A stretch of DNA of 64,000 bases from Candidatus Omnitrophota bacterium (GTDB lineage Bacteria > Omnitrophota > Omnitrophia > Omnitrophales > JACROU01), in the NCBI GenBank assembly GCA_029261035.1, contig JAJDCD010000008.1:300480-364479 (forward strand), given 5' to 3'. Shown one piece after another: positions 59,083-64,000 of the stretch. Under the pieces are notes generated by a model. That model ran no database searches and was not told the origin of the DNA. It saw only the letters and a program-made list of their open reading frames with translations. The position numbers were made by a program, and so were the translations under genes. The first letter of the stretch is position 1; each line of letters begins with the position of its first letter.

Positions 59083-61598
59083 GCAGCTACCTCACTTTTA
59101 TTCACGCCGTTTGGATATTTTTTTGCCAATCTTTCAAGCGCAGCCAAATTAGAGTCGCTGGGATATTCACTTCGGAGCCTTTTCTCCTCAGCTAGGTCCG
59201 TTGGATCTGTTGTAGCAATCCAGTATTCAAGAGGACTAGGCTCAAGCTTTGCAAGTACTGATCTTTGATCAAAAAGAATAAATATTTCCGAATAGCGTCC
59301 GGGCTTAACTTCCAATTCCCGTACTGCACGAACCTGATTTTCATTAAATCCAAAATCACCGAGCTCTTCATGCCCTTTCTTAAGGCGCAGGATATACTTC
59401 ACATGCGCGTTATTAGCCATAACACCAGCAATTTCAGAACTGAGAAAGTCTTCTGGGTTTTGACTGATGGCAAGAACCGCTCCATTCATTTTTCGCATTG
59501 TTCTAAAGAACAGTTCTATAAGATCTACGCCTTGCGTTTTTTTGAGAAGATGCCAGCATTCATCAAGTACAAGAATCTTCTTGCGATTTACATTTTCAAA
59601 CTTACGTCTTAAAGCAAACGGAATAATGAGCAGTAAGATTTCTTGAAGTTCTTCGTATTGACTGATCTTCCTAAGATCAAAGATGGCAAAACGTGAATCA
59701 AAATCAAATCGGGCGGGACGATTTAGAATCTTTGAGTACTCACCTTCACAAAAAAGGGTGAGCTCTTTCGCGAACTTATAAGCAAGCTGTCTGTCTTCGT
59801 CATCACCGGCACCATAACTTTGGAGGTATTTTTGAATGTCACCAAGAATAGGCGCTTCTTTTGGGGAAAGATTTTTATAAACATACCGAATAACACGTTC
59901 AAGAATGACTTTCTCGCTAGCAGCCCAAGCCCGTTCGGGATTGATCATCTTCTGGAGGAGTTCCTTCAGAAACTGAAGAAAAGTCGCATCGGCCTCCCCT
60001 TCAGTTGGGAATAGGACTTCTTTCGAAGGAAAGGGATTTAAAGCAAACTCTTCACTACACTCTACCTCAAGATAAGACCCCCCTAAGATGCCAGCAAGTT
60101 TCTTATAGGAACCTCCGAGATCAAGCACGATCACATCATGCTCAGACGCTTCACTTAAAAAGTGCATGAGAAGATGGTTCGTAAAAAAGGATTTTCCTGA
60201 TCCCGTACTACCGAGCATGAGAGCATGTTTTGAAGCGAGCGAAGAATCAAAGAGATCCAATTTTAACGGTTCATTACGATAAGTTTTTAGAAGCAGCCCT
60301 ATTTCCTGAGTCCCCGGCCAACTAGCTTGTACTGGAAGAAGATTTACCGCAGTTTCAGAACTCACAAGAAATGCGATTGGATTCTCTCCGCCTTGGAGTG
60401 GAAGAAGCGAAAGAAATAGCCGGTCATGATTCATATGATCAAGAATGGCTTGAGCACCATCCCCTAAATGTCGGAACCCACGCAAAACCTCACTCGCTTG
60501 ACGAGCTGCGCTTTCTTTCTTTTTACTACGCGTCATTACAATCATCGAAGCATAGAAAAGCTTATCTGAACTCTCCGCTATTTCCGTCAAAAGAGCATCT
60601 GTATCATCTTCCTTTGCAAGCGCATCATGGTTCTTTGTCCTGGAATAATAACTTTCTGCTCGCGCAAGATTTCCGGTGCGCTTAAGTCCTGATTTTTCTT
60701 TATCCTGATCCGGAACTTCTAGTGTTAAAGAAAGGTAATAATCATCCCCAAGCCCACTCTCAAAACTTTTCATACTTTTCAGACTCGTTGTCTCAGGCAT
60801 CTGAGAAAGATTGATCACGTTATGGAAATACTCACTTAGATAAAATGCGTCATAACCAGCGAAGGGATTACTTAAAAGAAGTTTCGAGCGAACGCTTGAG
60901 GGATCAAGCTGATCATTACGACTCGAAAACGCATATTTCTCAAATTCTGAATTTTTTGAATCCAAACTCGGATTCAAAAGCTCATGGCAATACCGCAGGA
61001 CATCTTCATCATTAAGTTCTTTAATCCCTAACCCTAAGTCTTTTAAGGACTCTTTAATCTCCGTTGAAATTGAATGAAGCCTGTCTCTGAGTCTTTCAAA
61101 TTCTTGCTTCTCTAGGCGGACTGCTTTTTTATTGAAAGCAATCGCCATATCTGGAACAAGAGAGTTTCTTGGTTTTTTACTCGATGGATGAATAACTACA
61201 AATAAATAGACTTCTCTTTTAAGAAAAGGTTGTTTCATATGAGTCTCGATCCTTGCTTCTGAAAATCGCTTACTTAACACGTGATCGCTCTGGATGGACT
61301 CACGGTATTGCTCAAGCAAGACTTCATCGCCCTTTTTCTGACGAACAACAAAATGAAGAGTAGTTTTTTCAGGAAGCGAATTAAGGAATCGCCGCATACG
61401 ATGTTCAAAGTCAGAGATTTCAGATTCTTTCTCAAGCAAAAGATCCCTACCTTCCACAAGGAACCCTTTCCCCAAAGATCCTGATACTCCAACGATGGTT
61501 GAATCATCAACATCGTAGAGATCGATCTCTTTTAAAAAGGAAGGTTTATTTTCCCGTTGAATCAAATCTCTTGTTTTAGTAATGAAATTTTTTTTCAT
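59079..61598 (-). CDS. trbE: T4SS ATPase VirB4/TrbE-like (839 aa)
   Basis: Walker A LMLGSTGSGKSF, Walker B ILVLDECWHLL (DEAW-type). Size typical of VirB4. Confidence 0.8.
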   Translation of the reverse strand: MKKNFITKTRDLIQRENKPSFLKEIDLYDVDDSTIVGVSGSLGKGFLVEGRDLLLEKESEISDFEHRMRRFLNSLPEKTTLHFVVRQKKGDEVLLEQYRESIQSDHVLSKRFSEARIETHMKQPFLKREVYLFVVIHPSSKKPRNSLVPDMAIAFNKKAVRLEKQEFERLRDRLHSISTEIKESLKDLGLGIKELNDEDVLRYCHELLNPSLDSKNSEFEKYAFSSRNDQLDPSSVRSKLLLSNPFAGYDAFYLSEYFHNVINLSQMPETTSLKSMKSFESGLGDDYYLSLTLEVPDQDKEKSGLKRTGNLARAESYYSRTKNHDALAKEDDTDALLTEIAESSDKLFYASMIVMTRSKKKESAARQASEVLRGFRHLGDGAQAILDHMNHDRLFLSLLPLQGGENPIAFLVSSETAVNLLPVQASWPGTQEIGLLLKTYRNEPLKLDLFDSSLASKHALMLGSTGSGKSFFTNHLLMHFLSEASEHDVIVLDLGGSYKKLAGILGGSYLEVECSEEFALNPFPSKEVLFPTEGEADATFLQFLKELLQKMINPERAWAASEKVILERVIRYVYKNLSPKEAPILGDIQKYLQSYGAGDDEDRQLAYKFAKELTLFCEGEYSKILNRPARFDFDSRFAIFDLRKISQYEELQEILLLIIPFALRRKFENVNRKKILVLDECWHLLKKTQGVDLIELFFRTMRKMNGAVLAISQNPEDFLSSEIAGVMANNAHVKYILRLKKGHEELGDFGFNENQVRAVRELEVKPGRYSEIFILFDQRSVLAKLEPSPLEYWIATTDPTDLAEEKRLRSEYPSDSNLAALERLAKKYPNGVNKSEVAA

Positions 61599-61873
61599 TC
61601 AAACACTTCCTCTTTTCTTTCTCGTTTAATCAGATATCGCTTTGGCCTCAAAAGGAACTTCACCAAAGAACTAGTCCAATGAGGCGGCTTTCCTCTTTTA
61701 TAGGCTCGTAAAAATAAATAGACTCCTATCATGACAACTAGGTTCACCAAAAGATCTTTTGAAAATGTGAACACCAACCAAAACACAAAAAACAAAAAGA
61801 AGAGGTCAAAGAACTCCAAGCCAAAAAATTTATTTTTATGTTGAATCTTGTTATGTCCTTTAACTGTCTTCAT
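61595..61873 (-). CDS. trbD: T4SS VirB3/TrbD-like small membrane protein
   Basis: 92 aa with a hydrophobic core. Directly upstream of, and overlapping, the virB4-like gene. Confidence 0.55.
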   Translation of the reverse strand: MKTVKGHNKIQHKNKFFGLEFFDLFFLFFVFWLVFTFSKDLLVNLVVMIGVYLFLRAYKRGKPPHWTSSLVKFLLRPKRYLIKRERKEEVFE

Positions 61874-61884
61874 ATTCTGTCCTT

Positions 61885-62202
61885 TTAAAAATTTGTAAGT
61901 CTCTCCAAAATATCAAGAAGCGCTCTACTCAAAAGCATGATCGCTCCCCCGAGTGCCACTAGCCCAAATTTTTGAGCTGTCCTACTGTCTCCAAAAATAA
62001 CCGCCGCGCCGGCCAAACAGATCCCAATAATAAAAAGCGGGCCTGCCACGGTATTAATCAGGAAGTCTCCGATCCCCGAAAGAAAATCTATGAGATCTGC
62101 TTCTGAGGTTGCCTCAGCAAATGCAAACCTTGCATTAAACAAAAGCATTCCGGTAAACATGAGTGCCTTATGAATCATTTTTTGTTTTTCTCGGTCTCTC
62201 AC
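61885..62202 (-). CDS. trbC: T4SS pilin VirB2/TrbC-like
   Basis: 105 aa: long signal peptide followed by two hydrophobic helices (…PLFIIGICLAGAAVIFG…GLVALGGAIMLL). Confidence 0.6.
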   Translation of the reverse strand: MRDREKQKMIHKALMFTGMLLFNARFAFAEATSEADLIDFLSGIGDFLINTVAGPLFIIGICLAGAAVIFGDSRTAQKFGLVALGGAIMLLSRALLDILERLTNF

Positions 62203-62231
62203 TTTTCTTTTACCTCCATTTATTCAAAAAA

Positions 62232-62317
62232 GATGAGGGGAAGCATGATCGAATTCCCTTAGTGCGGCTATTAAGCCTTGTATACCTTACTTGAGTGGAA
62301 TGTCATGCTCCCCTCAT
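62232..62317. promoter_or_regulatory. 15/16-bp inverted repeat (atgaggggaagcatga … tcatgctcccctcat) separated by 54 bp, in the leader region of the T4SS operon
   Basis: Seen directly. Located between the regulator stop (62369) and the trbC-like start (62202). Confidence 0.5.
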
Positions 62318-62368
62318 ATAGGGGCACGAAACACGATTTTTTGAATGAACTTTTAAGGGTGTTACTCT

Positions 62369-63001
62369 CTATACAAATTTCTTAACCCCTTCCCTAATAA
62401 TTTGATGAACTCGAACTATCGAAACTCCAAGCTGCTCGGAAATTTGTTTGAGCGTTCGACCTTGCTTCCTCAGCTTAAGCACTTCTCTTTGTCTTTCTGT
62501 TAAAGGCCGTGATCCCTTTTTCTTTTTCCGGTATGAACGCTGTGAAGATTTCCGGTGGGTTTTGATCAGTTTCGCTTGTATTCGATCTCGCAAATGACAA
62601 AAATGAGATTGAGATATACCTAACCTCTTTTGAACAGTCTCATCCGAATACTTCATCTCATAGAAAAATGTGTAGCATGCTTGCTCCTGAGGACTCAGAT
62701 TTGCTCTGAGAGCCAGAAGCCCCAGCTTTGTTCTTTGTGCATGTTCTTTCTCTTCAAGAACCTCCTCTTCTTCAATTCTCACAAGCTCATCGTAGGGACT
62801 CGGGGAACTTGCCAGCTTTCGTTTCACCTCAAGCTCAAAGATTGAAAGAGGGACTCCTGAATTTGAATTGTTCTCGATACGTTGAAAGTCAACACTCTTC
62901 ACCGTACGTCCTGATTCAAACCATATAAGAGATTCTCTCTCATCCCTCTGGCTCTCCTTGATAAGTCTCTCAAGCGTTGCTCTTCTTTTTTGTTCTTTCA
63001 T
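62369..63001 (-). CDS. Transcriptional regulator with two HTH segments (σ70 region-4 / LuxR-like C-terminal HTH)
   Basis: …TERQREVLKLRKQGRTLKQISEQLGVSIVRVHQIIREG… Start most likely ATG 62999-63001 with AGGAGA SD, rather than the upstream GTG at the ORF's 5' end. Confidence 0.6.
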   Translation of the reverse strand: MKEQKRRATLERLIKESQRDERESLIWFESGRTVKSVDFQRIENNSNSGVPLSIFELEVKRKLASSPSPYDELVRIEEEEVLEEKEHAQRTKLGLLALRANLSPQEQACYTFFYEMKYSDETVQKRLGISQSHFCHLRDRIQAKLIKTHRKSSQRSYRKKKKGSRPLTERQREVLKLRKQGRTLKQISEQLGVSIVRVHQIIREGVKKFV

Positions 63002-63043
63002 TTTGGTTCTCCTATTCCGCCGAACAGGGAGAACCCAACGCAC

Positions 63044-63078
63044 ACAAAAAAAGCGGCAATCCGAAAGGACTGCCGCTT
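63044..63078 (-). terminator. Rho-independent terminator-like hairpin (GNRA loop) plus T-tract, upstream of the regulator gene
   Basis: Minus strand: gcggcagtcc-tttc-ggattgccgc followed by ttttttt. Confidence 0.5.
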
Positions 63079-63654
63079 TTAGGCTTAAAACAAAAAAATT
63101 AGCTTTTTAAAAAAAACAACTCATCTGGGCACAAAAAGGGCCTTGGTTACTTAGAAATACTTATCAACATATAAAGACTCCAAGATTAAAAACAGGAACT
63201 TGATTCTAGGGAAATGGAAAGGAAAGAATACTCCCGTGTGAGATCAGAACAAACACACTACGCCTGCAAGCGGAGATCCTCCGCATTGCCGCGTCCTTGC
63301 GTTGCTTAAAGGTACGCCCCACACGGCTTTGGGTCAAATCGAAATCCGAAGCACCTCATGAACTGCATGCTCTTGATTCCAATTCGCTCCGGATGAGTAC
63401 AAAACTTTGTTTTGCTCATCCAAACCCGTCAAAGGTTTTGGATTTTTTAACGGGCTATAACAATGACGGCCCACCTGCTTCCAGGCGAGTTTGCCGCCGC
63501 AAAGATAAAGAACTTGAGTGCTCTTTATCCAAATTTCGAGTTGTCAAAATAACCGCAAATATATTTTTTTGCAAGTATTAATATTCGAATATCCTGATGC
63601 AGACCAATAACTTATAGCATTTTCTAGCCACTCCTAATTTAGATGATCTGATTT

Positions 63655-63714
63655 TGGGCAAAAAAAAAGACCTTTTTTAGAGAGGAAGGGAGTCTTAATT
63701 ACAGACTCCCTTCC
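63655..63714 (-). terminator. Terminator-like perfect 12-bp hairpin after the partial ORF
   Basis: ggaagggagtct-taattaca-agactcccttcc, then an A/T tract on the transcribed strand. Confidence 0.4.
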
Positions 63715-63720
63715 CTACTT

Positions 63721-64000
63721 CTAACGTCTCCTGAGAAACCTCTGCACGTCGCGAACAATTCCATTTAGAACAGACCAAGTTGATTTTACTTGTGTCTGCA
63801 TAGTTGGCTTTGGACGTTCATACGGGTAGGTCACTGGACTTCTTTCAAAAGACTCTGGCAACTTCTTCTCTTGTAGTTGTGCAGGCTCTTCTACGCTAGT
63901 TTCAATCTGATCATTTTTGAAAATACCAGCTATTAACCGGCATCCACCACCAACGCCAAAGACGAGAAGACCAATAAAACCAAGTCGAAGCAGCCATCGA
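63721..64000 (-). CDS. C-terminal fragment of a membrane protein (gene continues beyond the window)
   Basis: Open minus-strand frame from the window edge to TAG at 63721-63723. TM segment LGFIGLLVFGVGGG. Confidence 0.4.
   Translation of the reverse strand, partial: RWLLRLGFIGLLVFGVGGGCRLIAGIFKNDQIETSVEEPAQLQEKKLPESFERSPVTYPYERPKPTMQTQVKSTWSVLNGIVRDVQRFLRRR

Noticed and set aside
63002-63043. Upstream GTG start extending the regulator ORF by 14 codons.
   Set aside because: A terminator hairpin plus T-tract abuts it, and a consensus AGGAGA SD precedes the downstream ATG at 62999-63001.
63297-63581. 94-aa plus-strand ORF in the spacer upstream of the regulator.
   Set aside because: No RBS, Arg/Cys-rich odd composition, lies in a hairpin-rich region. 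Kept only as a possible ncRNA locus.
46000-64000. Looked for a second copy of the tRNA-His 3' end to define the right end of the island.
   Set aside because: None recognised by eye within the window. The boundary probably lies beyond 64 kb or is a short core I could not detect without alignment.

Overview
Low-GC (roughly mid-30s % by eye) chromosomal window from a diderm (Gram-negative) bacterium; the taxon cannot be assigned from sequence alone. It carries LpxL-like, TolC-like, β-barrel OMP and lipoprotein genes. Nearly all genes are on the minus strand.

From 1 to 44.6 kb the window looks like core chromosome. It holds two giant paralogous secreted proteins (about 1580 aa each); tRNA-Val followed by a tandem array of degenerate tRNA-stub repeats; a CHASE2-GGDEF/FecR/OMP operon; a TPR protein; an LpxL-like acyltransferase; two paralogous GH144/DUF3131-like (β-1,2-glucanase-like) proteins, one next to a LacI regulator with operator palindromes; ssrA (tmRNA)-smpB; efp; a PBP5-type carboxypeptidase; a tRNA-modification gene cluster (rluA-like, trhO, queH); a cold-shock protein; dksA-like; methyltransferases; and a PP2C/kinase pair.

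At 44.66 kb a tRNA-His is immediately followed by a large serine recombinase, and by eye GC rises for the rest of the window (not computed). This indicates an integrated element (ICE or genomic island) of at least 19 kb, all on the minus strand. It encodes an OpgH-like GT2 glucan synthase sandwiched between an HlyD-type membrane fusion protein and a TolC-like outer-membrane factor. It also encodes a sugar-1-P nucleotidyltransferase; two small secreted proteins that share a CBM-like β-sandwich domain with the chromosomal GH144-like enzyme and flank a YhcG/DUF1016 nuclease; and a Trb/P-type type IV secretion gene set (VirB2, B3, B4, B5-like, B6, B8, B9, B10) preceded by a two-HTH regulator.

The OpgH-MFP-OMF module, together with the glucan-binding and glucanase paralogs, is the most novel candidate system. 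A dispersed approximately 45-bp REP-like repeat family occurs at three intergenic sites.
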